A stretch of 64,000 nt of DNA from Promethearchaeota archaeon (GTDB taxonomy: Archaea; Asgardarchaeota; Lokiarchaeia; Sigyniarchaeales; SOKP01), in assembly GCA_048941285.1 (NCBI GenBank), contig JBHLNS010000003.1, positions 1 to 64,000 of the forward strand, written 5' to 3'. Under the pieces are notes generated by a model that did no database searches, was not told the DNA's origin, and worked only from the letters and a program-made list of their open reading frames with translations. Made by a program: the position numbers and the translations under genes. Shown in pieces: positions 29,339 to 38,616 of the stretch (position 1 is its first letter; the number at the start of each line of letters is the position of its first letter).

Positions 29339-29971
29339 TTATAAGAAAAAGGGAAGACAAGCGTTAAATCCAAATAAAATGCCTTGCATAACACCAGAAA
29401 TTAACCACAAAAATACATTTTTAGGATTATTAATCAAACGGTTATTATTAATTAAATACCATACACTTATTAATACCGTTAGCAAGGCCATTAAAGATCC
29501 AAAAGAAAAACAGTAGTATATAGTTACTTCATGGGGAAATTGAGAAGCGCTAATATCAGCAATACGATTTAAATAATAAGGATCGATTCCACTAAATTCA
29601 AAGAAATTATAGATTAATCTATCAGGTAGAGGATCCAAAATCCAAATTAAAAAGTATGTTATATAATTAAATAAAATACCAAAAGCTAGAACAATATAAG
29701 AACATCCTAAGATTAATCTTGGTTTCATGAATAGATCTTCTTGTTTTTCCTTACTAATTAATCTAGATTGTCGATAAACACCCCTTAATCTTAATAAAGT
29801 CAAAATTCCGATAGTTAAGATAATAAAAACAAAAATATATTTCAGGTATTGACATAAAATTAAAAAAAAATTGTTGAAAGCAATACAGAAATTCTCAAGT
29901 CCTTCAATGATATCTTCAAATACATCTCCTGTAGAGGTAATTTTCTTAATGAATTGTCCATAAAAAAGCAT
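29339..29971 (-). CDS. Hypothetical membrane protein
   Basis: About four TM segments. Confidence 0.65.
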   Translation of the reverse strand: MLFYGQFIKKITSTGDVFEDIIEGLENFCIAFNNFFLILCQYLKYIFVFIILTIGILTLLRLRGVYRQSRLISKEKQEDLFMKPRLILGCSYIVLAFGILFNYITYFLIWILDPLPDRLIYNFFEFSGIDPYYLNRIADISASQFPHEVTIYYCFSFGSLMALLTVLISVWYLINNNRLINNPKNVFLWLISGVMQGILFGFNACLPFFL

Positions 29972-30027
29972 TACATAATAATATTAAAGATAGCGTATTT
30001 AAAGTCTACAAAATCTCTAAAATTAGT

Positions 30028-30459
30028 TTATGTAATTTTTTCACACTCTTCATTAATAACTTTTATTGTTGCGTTGAAATCTTGCCACCAATCTTGTCCT
30101 TGCTGTGAAACTAACATAGGATCAACTTTTCTTGAATCTAAACATCTTATTTCCTCTGTATGGGCTTTAATTTTTCCTTTCCATATTTGAGAGATGATGT
30201 TTTGAAGATTAATTTTTACTTTTTTAACTAGTTCTTCGTAGGGAACCGAAACATCTTCTGTTTTTTGCAGTCTTTGAAGTTGGTCAAATTTTACTTTTTC
30301 TTTTGCCCGATTTAAATCACTGCAACTAATTTTAATAGAAAAGGGTTCATCTGATCCAAATTTGCAATATTTTTGAATATCGCATAAAGAACAATAGCTT
30401 TCAAAGCTAATTGTATAATCCTCTAAACCTACTATTGAATAATTTAAAATTCTAGGCAT
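30028..30459 (-). CDS. Hypothetical protein with putative metal-binding cysteines
   Basis: CSLC-x4-C-x12-C. Confidence 0.7.
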   Translation of the reverse strand: MPRILNYSIVGLEDYTISFESYCSLCDIQKYCKFGSDEPFSIKISCSDLNRAKEKVKFDQLQRLQKTEDVSVPYEELVKKVKINLQNIISQIWKGKIKAHTEEIRCLDSRKVDPMLVSQQGQDWWQDFNATIKVINEECEKIT

Positions 30460-30596
30460 TGCTAATTAATATAAAATACTACGTTTTATCTATTATATTT
30501 TAGGTCAAAAAATTTTTTAAATACGATTTATTAAAATTAAACATCATTAAACGTTTTCAAAAATATAGATTTTCATACTGGGAACATTCCCGCTTA

Positions 30597-30670
30597 GGGA
30601 GAGTGGCTTAGCCTGGTATAGCGCACGGCTGATAACCGTGAGGTCGGGGGTTCGAAGCCCCCCTTTCCCA
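30597..30670 (+). tRNA. tRNA-Ile(GAT)
   Basis: GGGAGAG/CTTTCCC acceptor, CACGG-CTGATAA-CCGTG anticodon arm, GGGGG-TTCGAAG-CCCCC T arm. Confidence 0.96.
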
Positions 30671-30745
30671 TTATTTTTAGCTTGAATTAATTTCAAGAAT
30701 ATTCATTTATTTTTTTAATTATCTTACTCTATTATAAATTTAGAT

Positions 30746-31339
30746 ATGAAAAATATTATAATCTCTGGAACGCCAGGATGCGGAAAAACCTCAGTAGCAA
30801 AAGAAATATGCAATTTTTTGTCAGCTAAAATGCTTTCTTTGAACGAATTAGCAATTTCTGACAATTTTTCCTTTGAATATGATGAAGAAAGGAAAACCTA
30901 TATAGTAGATTTTGAAATTTTTTTACCCTTTGTATTGGAAAAAATCAATGAGCTTCAAAAAGCTAAGCTACGATTTCTAATAATAGAAAGTCATTTCTCT
31001 GATATTATTCCAGAAAATTTAATTGATTTTGTTTTTATTTTAAGATGTGATCCAGATGTATTATACAAAAGATTAGAAAAAAAAAATTACACTCAAGCAA
31101 AAATTATAGAAAACATTCAAACAGAAATTTTAGGTAATTGTGCAAATTTTTTTATCCAAAAACAGCCTAAATTTCCACTTTTTGAAATTAATACAACAAA
31201 TCTTAGTATTAATTCAACAGCAAAAATTATTGTAGATATCGTGCTTGGTAATAAAGATGGAAATTTATATAGAATAGGTAAAATAGATTGGCTGGAAAAA
31301 CTTTTTCAAGAAAATCGTTTAGAAAAATTTTTTGATTAA
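30746..31339 (+). CDS. Adenylate kinase AK6/Fap7 family
   Basis: IISGTPGCGKTS, IIESH, VFILRCDP, KIIENIQTEILG. Confidence 0.92.
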   Translation: MKNIIISGTPGCGKTSVAKEICNFLSAKMLSLNELAISDNFSFEYDEERKTYIVDFEIFLPFVLEKINELQKAKLRFLIIESHFSDIIPENLIDFVFILRCDPDVLYKRLEKKNYTQAKIIENIQTEILGNCANFFIQKQPKFPLFEINTTNLSINSTAKIIVDIVLGNKDGNLYRIGKIDWLEKLFQENRLEKFFD

Positions 31340-31366
31340 ACATTTAACTTAATCGAGGGGCAAAAT

Positions 31367-33013
31367 ATGAAATGGGAGATCTCAGATTTTGATGCTTTAG
31401 GAAGAATTGGTAAATTAAATGTAAATAACAAACAAATGACTACCCCCAATTTATTTCCTGTAGTTCATCCATATAAAAACGCTATTTCAACTTCAGATTT
31501 CAAGAAGATCGGAGCTCAATGTGTCTTTACAAATGCATATATTATTTATCAGAATCCTCAAGTCCGTGAGGAAATTTTAAGAAAAGGTTTACATTCGCAT
31601 TTAAAATTCGATGGAATAACGGCTACTGATAGTGGTGCTTTTCAAAAGTACATGTATAATAAAGAGAAATTGGATATTCAAGCGGTAGATATAGAAAAGT
31701 TTCAAGAAGATATCGGTACGGATTTTGCTGTAATTTTAGATGAACCTGTCCAACCTGATGATGATTATGATATCGCTAAAAAGAAAATTGAAATCACTTT
31801 AAATAGGGCTAAAGATAACATTAATAGAAGAATTAAAGACAACTGCCACTGGTTTGGCCCAATTCACGGCGCTAAATTTGATGATTTATTAAAAACAAGT
31901 GCAATTGAAATGGGTAAATTAGATTTTGGAGTTTATGCGATAGGGGGTTTAGTTAAATCACTTTTAGACTATAGATTTGATTTAGTGATTAAAATTCTTC
32001 TGAATGTTAAAAAAGATATAGTATGGAATAAACCCATTCACATGTTTGGATTGGGTTTACCTCAATTCTTTTCCTTAGCTATTGCATGTGGTTGCGATTT
32101 AATGGATTCCGCTGCATACATTTTATTTGCAAAAGAAAACAGATATTTCACTTTATCTACAGGAACGAGGAAATTAGATGAATTGGAAGAGTTTCCTTGT
32201 CATTGCCCTATATGTTGTGAATATAACCCTAAGGAAGTGTTAAATTTCGATGAAAGTTTGCGAACTCAGCTACTTGCTAAACATAATTTATACTTATCTT
32301 TTTCAGAGTTAAGAACAATTCGACAAGCGATTAAAGAAGGTAACTTATGGGAACTTGTTGAACAACGGATTAGAAATCACCCAGCACTAGTAAAAGCGTC
32401 AAAATTGATTAAACACTATTTAATATTATTTGAAGAACATGAAAAATTGTATAAAACGCACGGTAGGTTATATTCCTCTCCAGAGAGCGTAGAAAGACCG
32501 CTTATTTATCGCTATGAGAAAAAATTATTATATAATTATAGAGTTCCAAAAGATGCAAAATTTTTAATTATATTGCCTGAATTAGATATAAAGGGAGAAA
32601 AATCTCCAAGCATTAAATATTGGTTAGAAAAAATTAATAATAACTCAATAATCCCTAGAAAATTTATTCACGTAGCATTTTTTTCTGATATTTATGGAAT
32701 TATACCATTTGAACTTAGCTCATCTTTCCCTATGGGACAATATGAATCAATAGATCTATCAAATGAAAATGATATAATATATCAAAATTTCATGCAAAAA
32801 GTAGATCTCTTCTTTAAGAATTATTTCCAATATTATTCAAAATGTGGGATAATAATTCCTGAAGAATTTGTTAATCAATTTAATGAGACTGTTCATTTTT
32901 CTAAAAAAAATCTCTTAAATAATATAGTTGATAAATTTAAATCTAAATACAAACTAGAGATTACTATAAGTAATGAAGTGGACTCCCTCCTTAATTTCTT
33001 TAAAAGTGATTAA
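31367..33013 (+). CDS. tgtA: Archaeosine tRNA-guanine(15) transglycosylase
   Basis: TPNLFPVV, TDSGAFQ, GPIHG, AIGG, HMFG, GCDLMDSAAY, CHCPIC, HNL; no obvious PUA domain. Confidence 0.95.
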   Translation: MKWEISDFDALGRIGKLNVNNKQMTTPNLFPVVHPYKNAISTSDFKKIGAQCVFTNAYIIYQNPQVREEILRKGLHSHLKFDGITATDSGAFQKYMYNKEKLDIQAVDIEKFQEDIGTDFAVILDEPVQPDDDYDIAKKKIEITLNRAKDNINRRIKDNCHWFGPIHGAKFDDLLKTSAIEMGKLDFGVYAIGGLVKSLLDYRFDLVIKILLNVKKDIVWNKPIHMFGLGLPQFFSLAIACGCDLMDSAAYILFAKENRYFTLSTGTRKLDELEEFPCHCPICCEYNPKEVLNFDESLRTQLLAKHNLYLSFSELRTIRQAIKEGNLWELVEQRIRNHPALVKASKLIKHYLILFEEHEKLYKTHGRLYSSPESVERPLIYRYEKKLLYNYRVPKDAKFLIILPELDIKGEKSPSIKYWLEKINNNSIIPRKFIHVAFFSDIYGIIPFELSSSFPMGQYESIDLSNENDIIYQNFMQKVDLFFKNYFQYYSKCGIIIPEEFVNQFNETVHFSKKNLLNNIVDKFKSKYKLEITISNEVDSLLNFFKSD

Positions 33014-33451
33014 ATGAGAACTTTAGAAAAGATTTACGCTTTTGGCCATGAAAATATCTTAAGCACTCATAAAACAACGATAGAACTTACAAAAGCTAAG
33101 TCATTAACAAAGAGAGGGAATTGCATAATAGGGATTAACGCTACAAAAGCTTGTTTTGATTTAAATTCTATTTTGAAAGAAAAAATAAACAATGGAAAAA
33201 AAGTAAAGGTCATATTAGAAGTAGATGATCTCCAAGACTCCTTCCATGGTTTTGGAAATAAAAATTTAAGATTATTAGATAAAGATGATATAGTATTTCG
33301 TAAAAGTGGTCATATATGTAATAGAACTGTACTTATTAACTGTTCAAAATCATCAAACGATATTAATCGTGAATTAATTGAAAAGCTAAAAGTTCCAGGA
33401 AAAAAATTATCAATAATATTTGAGATGAATGAGACAGATGGATATCAATAA
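33014..33451 (+). CDS. DUF371 family protein
   Basis: GHENILSTHKTTIELTK...LTKRGNCIIG...VFRKS...RT. Confidence 0.9.
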   Translation: MRTLEKIYAFGHENILSTHKTTIELTKAKSLTKRGNCIIGINATKACFDLNSILKEKINNGKKVKVILEVDDLQDSFHGFGNKNLRLLDKDDIVFRKSGHICNRTVLINCSKSSNDINRELIEKLKVPGKKLSIIFEMNETDGYQ

Positions 33452-34598
33452 TAAGCAAGAAATTACCTATATTAAATTGAATAAGAAAGATGGACAGCGT
33501 TTCATTGATTTCATAAAAAAGAATTTTAAAAAGATTCAAATTATTAATCACAAATTTAAAATATTATATGAAAATGATTACATTTTATATCCAATAATAC
33601 CAAACCAAGAGTTACTCGAAAAAGTGAAGAATTTAATAGATAAATTAATTATTTTTGAATTGAATTCTCAAGTAGGAATACCTAATGAATATTATAAATT
33701 TAGAACACTTCGAGAAGCTTTGGAAGGTAAAATTCTAAATGAATATTTAGATTTACTTCCAAAATCATATGATATTATCGGAGATATAGTTGTAGTCGAG
33801 CTTGATAAATTCCCTCAATTATATGGTGAAGAATTTTATAATTTCAAGGATAAAATTGCGAAGGCGATAGTTGATGTCAATGATTATATTAAAACAGTAT
33901 ATGAAAAAAGAAGTGAAATAAAAGGAAAATACCGCTTAAGAGAATTAGCTCTTTTGTATGGTGAGAATAAATCTGAAACGGTTCATAAAGAAAATGGTTG
34001 TTTTTTCAAACTTGACGTTAAGGATACATATTTTACTCCAAGATTGGTTTTTGAAAGACGAAGGGTTGGTTCAAGTGGGATAAAAGAGACTGAGTTGATT
34101 ATTGATATGTTTGCTGGAGTTGGAACATTCTCAATCCAAATCGCGAAAAATAAAAATGTTAAAATTTATGCTTTTGATATAAATCCTGAAGCATATAGGT
34201 ATTTGAAAGAAAATATTAATCTCAATAAACTTAAGGGAGAAATTTTCGCAAATAATATTGATATTAAAAATCTCCTCAATCCTAAAAACGATTTAGGAAA
34301 AAGGTTAATGAATAAAGCAGATAGGATTATAATGAATTTACCTGAAAGTTCAATCAAATTTATAGATGTAGCTTGCTTCTTAATGAAAGAATCTGGAGGA
34401 ATATTACATTTTTACCGATTCTCTGACAAACCAAATCCAATAGAAAAGACTTTATCGGATCTTGAAAGTGAACTTAGTCTTTATAATTGGGAGATTGAAT
34501 CTATTATGACTTCTAGGATTGTAAAGCATTACTCACCTAAATCTGAATTAGTTGTCATAGATGTGAAAATAAAAGGTCAAAATAAGATGCGGGCCTAG
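33429..34598 (+). CDS. trm5: tRNA (guanine37-N1)-methyltransferase, Trm5 family
   Basis: SYDIIGDI, HKENGC, YFTPRL..ER, DMFAGVG, DINPEAY, RIIMNLP. Confidence 0.93.
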   Translation: MRQMDINNKQEITYIKLNKKDGQRFIDFIKKNFKKIQIINHKFKILYENDYILYPIIPNQELLEKVKNLIDKLIIFELNSQVGIPNEYYKFRTLREALEGKILNEYLDLLPKSYDIIGDIVVVELDKFPQLYGEEFYNFKDKIAKAIVDVNDYIKTVYEKRSEIKGKYRLRELALLYGENKSETVHKENGCFFKLDVKDTYFTPRLVFERRRVGSSGIKETELIIDMFAGVGTFSIQIAKNKNVKIYAFDINPEAYRYLKENINLNKLKGEIFANNIDIKNLLNPKNDLGKRLMNKADRIIMNLPESSIKFIDVACFLMKESGGILHFYRFSDKPNPIEKTLSDLESELSLYNWEIESIMTSRIVKHYSPKSELVVIDVKIKGQNKMRA

Positions 34599-34664
34599 CA
34601 GGATTCGAACCTGCGACTTTCGGATTAGAAGTCCGACGCCCAATCCAGGCTAGGCTATAGGCCC
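34590..34664 (-). tRNA. tRNA-Arg(TCT)
   Basis: Minus strand GGGCCTA/TAGGCCC acceptor, TCGGA-CTTCTAA-TCCGA, GCAGG-TTCGAAT-CCTGC; overlaps the trm5 stop. Confidence 0.96.
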
Positions 34665-34801
34665 TGATTTTGGTAATTTAATGTCTTATACTTATTAAAT
34701 TATCTAAAATAATGTTTAAACTTTATTATGCCCTAAAGTAAATTTTATCCATTTTAAGCATTTATGTAGTAATTTAAATATAGAATTATAGAATATTTTT
34801 T

Positions 34802-34945
34802 ATGTATCTTCATAATACTATTTATATTCAATGCCCATCGTGTAGAACTGATATACATTTAGATTCAAAATGCAATTCTTGCTATGTTTGTGGTAGATTA
34901 TTTAACTCTTTCGAAATTTATGATATAAAACCTAAAAATACCTAA
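34802..34945 (+). CDS. Micro Zn-ribbon protein (47 aa; not in ORF track)
   Basis: MYLHNTIYIQCPSCRTDIHLDSKCNSCYVCGRLFNSFEIYDIKPKNT*. Confidence 0.65.
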   Translation: MYLHNTIYIQCPSCRTDIHLDSKCNSCYVCGRLFNSFEIYDIKPKNT

Positions 34946-35090
34946 CTTTTTTTATTTTATAAGTTAATTTAAAAAATAGTTTAGAGAGAATTAAAAAAAT
35001 TTTAAGATAAAACTAATTTCTTTCTTAAATAGATTTAGCGAAAAACAAGAAATAGATATTTATTCGCATAATTGGATATCTTAAAAATTA

Positions 35091-35228
35091 TTACTTCTTA
35101 TCAATACTGGGCTGAGATTTATCAATTGAATAGTCAAATGGCGTACCACACATAGGACATAAATCTTTTTTGAATGAAATTTCAAAATCTATACATAATC
35201 TACAATTAGGACATCTAATTAATTTCAT
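35091..35228 (-). CDS. Micro CPxCG Zn-ribbon protein (45 aa; not in ORF track)
   Basis: MKLIRCPNCRLCIDFEISFKKDLCPMCGTPFDYSIDKSQPSIDKK*. Confidence 0.7.
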   Translation of the reverse strand: MKLIRCPNCRLCIDFEISFKKDLCPMCGTPFDYSIDKSQPSIDKK

Positions 35229-35331
35229 AAAATTTTATCCAAAATTATCTTTTTAAACTCCAACATAAAAAAGGATTCACTCAATCTGAATTTTTCAATT
35301 GGTTTAATTATATAATCTGAGATAAAGTGAT

Positions 35332-36627
35332 ATGCTTACTTACAAAAAGATAGAGAAAAAATCTAAAAGGGAAAATATTCAAGATACGATTAAAAAAACA
35401 AAAAGTAGATCAAACAATTATGTTGTATTCTCATTGGTTTATTTCATCATTAGTTTGATTCAAATCTACGTTCTTGTTTACATCCCTTTATTTCATTTCG
35501 ATGTTTTAAATGTAGATAGATCCAGCTTATCTTTAGTACAGAGTTTATCATATCTTGTTTTGTTTTCCTTTCCCGCTTTGGGATTATTTTTTGATAAATA
35601 TTCAAAATATAAGAATAAGATAATTGTTTCATTCAGTTTTGTCCTATCTTTAAGTTTTTTAATGTTTATTATATATAATCAATTTCTTCTCAGTTATGCC
35701 ATATTTTTAGTTCTATTTCTGATTAGTCAAGCAGTAATAAGAACTGGAATGTCAAAACTACTTTTAGAATCTACTGATAAAAAGAGCGAAAGAAATCTAA
35801 TTATATTAATCAATTCCTGCTCCTCAATAGGGATATTACTCTCTTCATTTCTCTTCAAATTTTGTGTTAAAGAAATTGAATCTTTAGATTTTTGGAATAT
35901 TTTCTTTGTAGTAGGATGGTTAATAACTTCCCCCTTATTAATTATTTTTATTTTTATGAGAAAAACCTCTTTAAAAGAACCATATCAAGAAACCCCTAAT
36001 GAAATTCTTGAAAAAGAAGATTATTTTAAGCTTTTTTCACCTTTAATAATAACTCTTATATTTTTGGCTTATTATTTTTTATGGGGTGATAAATTAATGT
36101 CATATCCTTTCAGTTCTTACATTCTATCCAGATTTGGGCAGATAGGTTTTACTCTATATTCAGATTTTTACGTAATTTTTACTCTTTTTAACATAATGGG
36201 TTATTATCTAGCAAAGCGAATCCTAAACAAAATAAATTTCAACGAAAATCCAACTATTAATCAAAACAAAAAGTTATTTCAGATTATTATTTTTCTAACG
36301 GTAATCTATATGGTTAGTTTAATTCTATTGCTTTTTTCAAACATAATAATTCTACTAATTACATATTCCTTTATTTACTTCTTAGGTGGATTGTTTGTAG
36401 TACTTTACATAACTCTTTTTCTCCAAATCTCCAGGACTAAAAAAAATCAAAATTTCATCTATTGGTTAATGTCATTGTCTTCTAATTTGGCTAGCATTAC
36501 TCTTATACCACTTGGTACGCTGTTGTCTCAATATGTACAAATGGAGATCTTAATTATTATGGTTATTTCATTAACATCCCTATCGATTATATTCATTTTT
36601 TTGTTAAAATTTTCTATCATGCTATAG
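35332..36627 (+). CDS. MFS transporter
   Basis: About 12 TM helices in two halves, motif-A-like GLFFDKYSK. Confidence 0.82.
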   Translation: MLTYKKIEKKSKRENIQDTIKKTKSRSNNYVVFSLVYFIISLIQIYVLVYIPLFHFDVLNVDRSSLSLVQSLSYLVLFSFPALGLFFDKYSKYKNKIIVSFSFVLSLSFLMFIIYNQFLLSYAIFLVLFLISQAVIRTGMSKLLLESTDKKSERNLIILINSCSSIGILLSSFLFKFCVKEIESLDFWNIFFVVGWLITSPLLIIFIFMRKTSLKEPYQETPNEILEKEDYFKLFSPLIITLIFLAYYFLWGDKLMSYPFSSYILSRFGQIGFTLYSDFYVIFTLFNIMGYYLAKRILNKINFNENPTINQNKKLFQIIIFLTVIYMVSLILLLFSNIIILLITYSFIYFLGGLFVVLYITLFLQISRTKKNQNFIYWLMSLSSNLASITLIPLGTLLSQYVQMEILIIMVISLTSLSIIFIFLLKFSIML

Positions 36628-36718
36628 AATTTTAATCAACTTTAAAATCCATTTAGAATTTTTTTTAAATGTAATTATCCCTTTGCATCTTAAGTGAGAA
36701 TGAAATATGCTTTTATGA

Positions 36719-38332
36719 TTATTTTTTCATAAAATAATTGTATCCTTGAATAAATTCTGTTTTATTAAAATCTCTTAAGGAGTCTTCTTTATTTTTTATG
36801 TTGTAATAATCAGGATTTTTTTTTGAAAATTGAGCTTCAAATACTTTTAAAAAGAAATTATATATTTTTCTGTAAAGCTCTTTAATTTTAAGATTCTTAC
36901 TTGGATCTACATATATTGCTTTAAAATATTGGTCATCATCATATCTTTTCCACCAATTAGGATAATAAATCGTTGCTCCATAATTATTTTCTCCATTTAG
37001 ATATGATTCTGAATTGGGATATGCCACATATTTATTAAATTTTAAATATATTTGATATTTTTCTATTAAAGAGCTTCCATTGACTCTCTTTTTCAAGAAA
37101 AAATCAAAATTTTCTCTTAATGTCATTTTATCTTCTCCTGGAACTCCAAATAAGATATTAAAGTATGGCATCATTCTCAATTTTGACATAACCTTTATAA
37201 TATGCATTGATTTTTTTAAATAATAATTGATATTATCATCTTGTTGTTTTATTGAATTACCTAGCAATTTACCCATTCTAAGGAGCATTTTTTTAGATCC
37301 TGACTCAAAACCAAAGTATGGTGTTACATTCGCTTTCTTGTAATACTCTGCCATCTTTAATGGAAACATATCTATACGTTCTGCTACCCAAAATACAGTA
37401 AAATTATTAGTTAAGATTTTTCTATTTTTCTCTAACTCATTTAAGAATTTTAATTTTAGTGATTTTTTTGGTATAAAAAGTTCATCAGAAATGTATAAAA
37501 AATTATTTTTATTCCATTCCATATCATTTAGGATTTTGATTTCTTTAATACTCCTTTCTATAGATTTAAATCGTATTAATGAAGGCATTACTTTATTTCC
37601 AAGAGAATTTGGGCAATAACTACATTTAAAATAACACCCTCTTGACAGATCTAACCAATAAACTAATCGTTGCTCCCTGTTAAAGTCCTTTTTATAATTA
37701 CTTATCAAATCCAAATTAATTATAGGAAGATCGTTAAGATTTTCAATATATTCAGATTGCAGAACATTATATTCACTTTTTGTTTTATTTAATAGAGAAT
37801 CTTTTGAAGAACGCAATATTTCATTAACAAATTTGTAAAATGGGATCTCCCCTTCACCTAAAACTAAGTAATCTATAATATTGATGGATTTCTTCTGTAG
37901 GGATTCCTTGATCTCAATTGGCATATTTGGAGTTTGAAAATCTTCTGGACAAGACGAAACATGTGCACCTCCAACAATAATAAGAATTGATTTGTTTATC
38001 TCCTGTTTTATAATCGAAGCTATTTCCAAAGTACTAAGATAGCAGTAAGAACTATAACAAGAAATTGCAATAATATCAAAATTAAATTCATTATATGTTT
38101 TTTCTATTTGTTTTTTTAAAGCTGGTCTATAGTTATTAATATCAGTAGGATTTATTTCCGATATTCGCTCAAAACGTAAATCTAAGTATTTTTCTTCTAT
38201 TTTCGACAACAAATTTTTACTATTCAAAAAATTTGATATTCGACAGAAGTATGTGAGTATCGGTTTTGGTGATTTCCCCCACGTTTCATTAGGATAAATA
38301 TATAAAATTTTTAACTTCATATTAATGCCCAT
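36719..38332 (-). CDS. Cobalamin-dependent radical SAM enzyme
   Basis: B12-binding region (DIIAISC, IIVGGAHVS, DYLVLGEGE), SRGCYFKCSYC (CxxxCxxC), GFESGS, FGVPGE. Confidence 0.92.
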   Translation of the reverse strand: MGINMKLKILYIYPNETWGKSPKPILTYFCRISNFLNSKNLLSKIEEKYLDLRFERISEINPTDINNYRPALKKQIEKTYNEFNFDIIAISCYSSYCYLSTLEIASIIKQEINKSILIIVGGAHVSSCPEDFQTPNMPIEIKESLQKKSINIIDYLVLGEGEIPFYKFVNEILRSSKDSLLNKTKSEYNVLQSEYIENLNDLPIINLDLISNYKKDFNREQRLVYWLDLSRGCYFKCSYCPNSLGNKVMPSLIRFKSIERSIKEIKILNDMEWNKNNFLYISDELFIPKKSLKLKFLNELEKNRKILTNNFTVFWVAERIDMFPLKMAEYYKKANVTPYFGFESGSKKMLLRMGKLLGNSIKQQDDNINYYLKKSMHIIKVMSKLRMMPYFNILFGVPGEDKMTLRENFDFFLKKRVNGSSLIEKYQIYLKFNKYVAYPNSESYLNGENNYGATIYYPNWWKRYDDDQYFKAIYVDPSKNLKIKELYRKIYNFFLKVFEAQFSKKNPDYYNIKNKEDSLRDFNKTEFIQGYNYFMKK

Positions 38333-38473
38333 ATTTTAATATTTTATTTAAAATAATCAAATTTATTATATGAAAGTCCTTATAAATCTGCTTAATACTA
38401 TTATTGTCTAGCTTGCTTTTTATACTCCACATAAAATAATCTCTTTAAAGAGATTTATTAGTTTTTAATTAGC

Positions 38474-38515
38474 AAAAAAAGAAATAGAATGTAAATGTCA
38501 ATAAAGACTTTACAT
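38474..38515 (-). terminator. Hairpin plus U-tract directly after the micro-ORF
   Basis: Minus strand ATGTAAAGTC-TTTATT-GAC(A)TTTACAT followed by TCTATTTCTTTTTTT. Confidence 0.5.
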
Positions 38516-38542
38516 AACAGGCCAATCCTCATAACCAGGCAT
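38510..38542 (-). CDS. 10-aa micro-ORF MPGYEDWPVM (candidate RiPP precursor or leader peptide)
   Basis: AGTGAT-ATG start context identical to the MFS gene, TATA-like TTTAAAAAA 23-31 nt upstream, locally GC-richer than flanks, co-oriented upstream of the radical SAM gene. Confidence 0.5.
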   Translation of the reverse strand: MPGYEDWPVM

Positions 38543-38616
38543 ATCACTATTATTCTTTAGTAACTTTTTTAAACTAAACTAAAAATTAAAATTGTTTAAT
38601 GAGTGATTTAAAAATT

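Noticed and set aside
30580-30591. GGGAA-CA-TTCCC inverted repeat just before tRNA-Ile
   Set aside because: Only 5 bp with a 2-nt loop; no function can be supported
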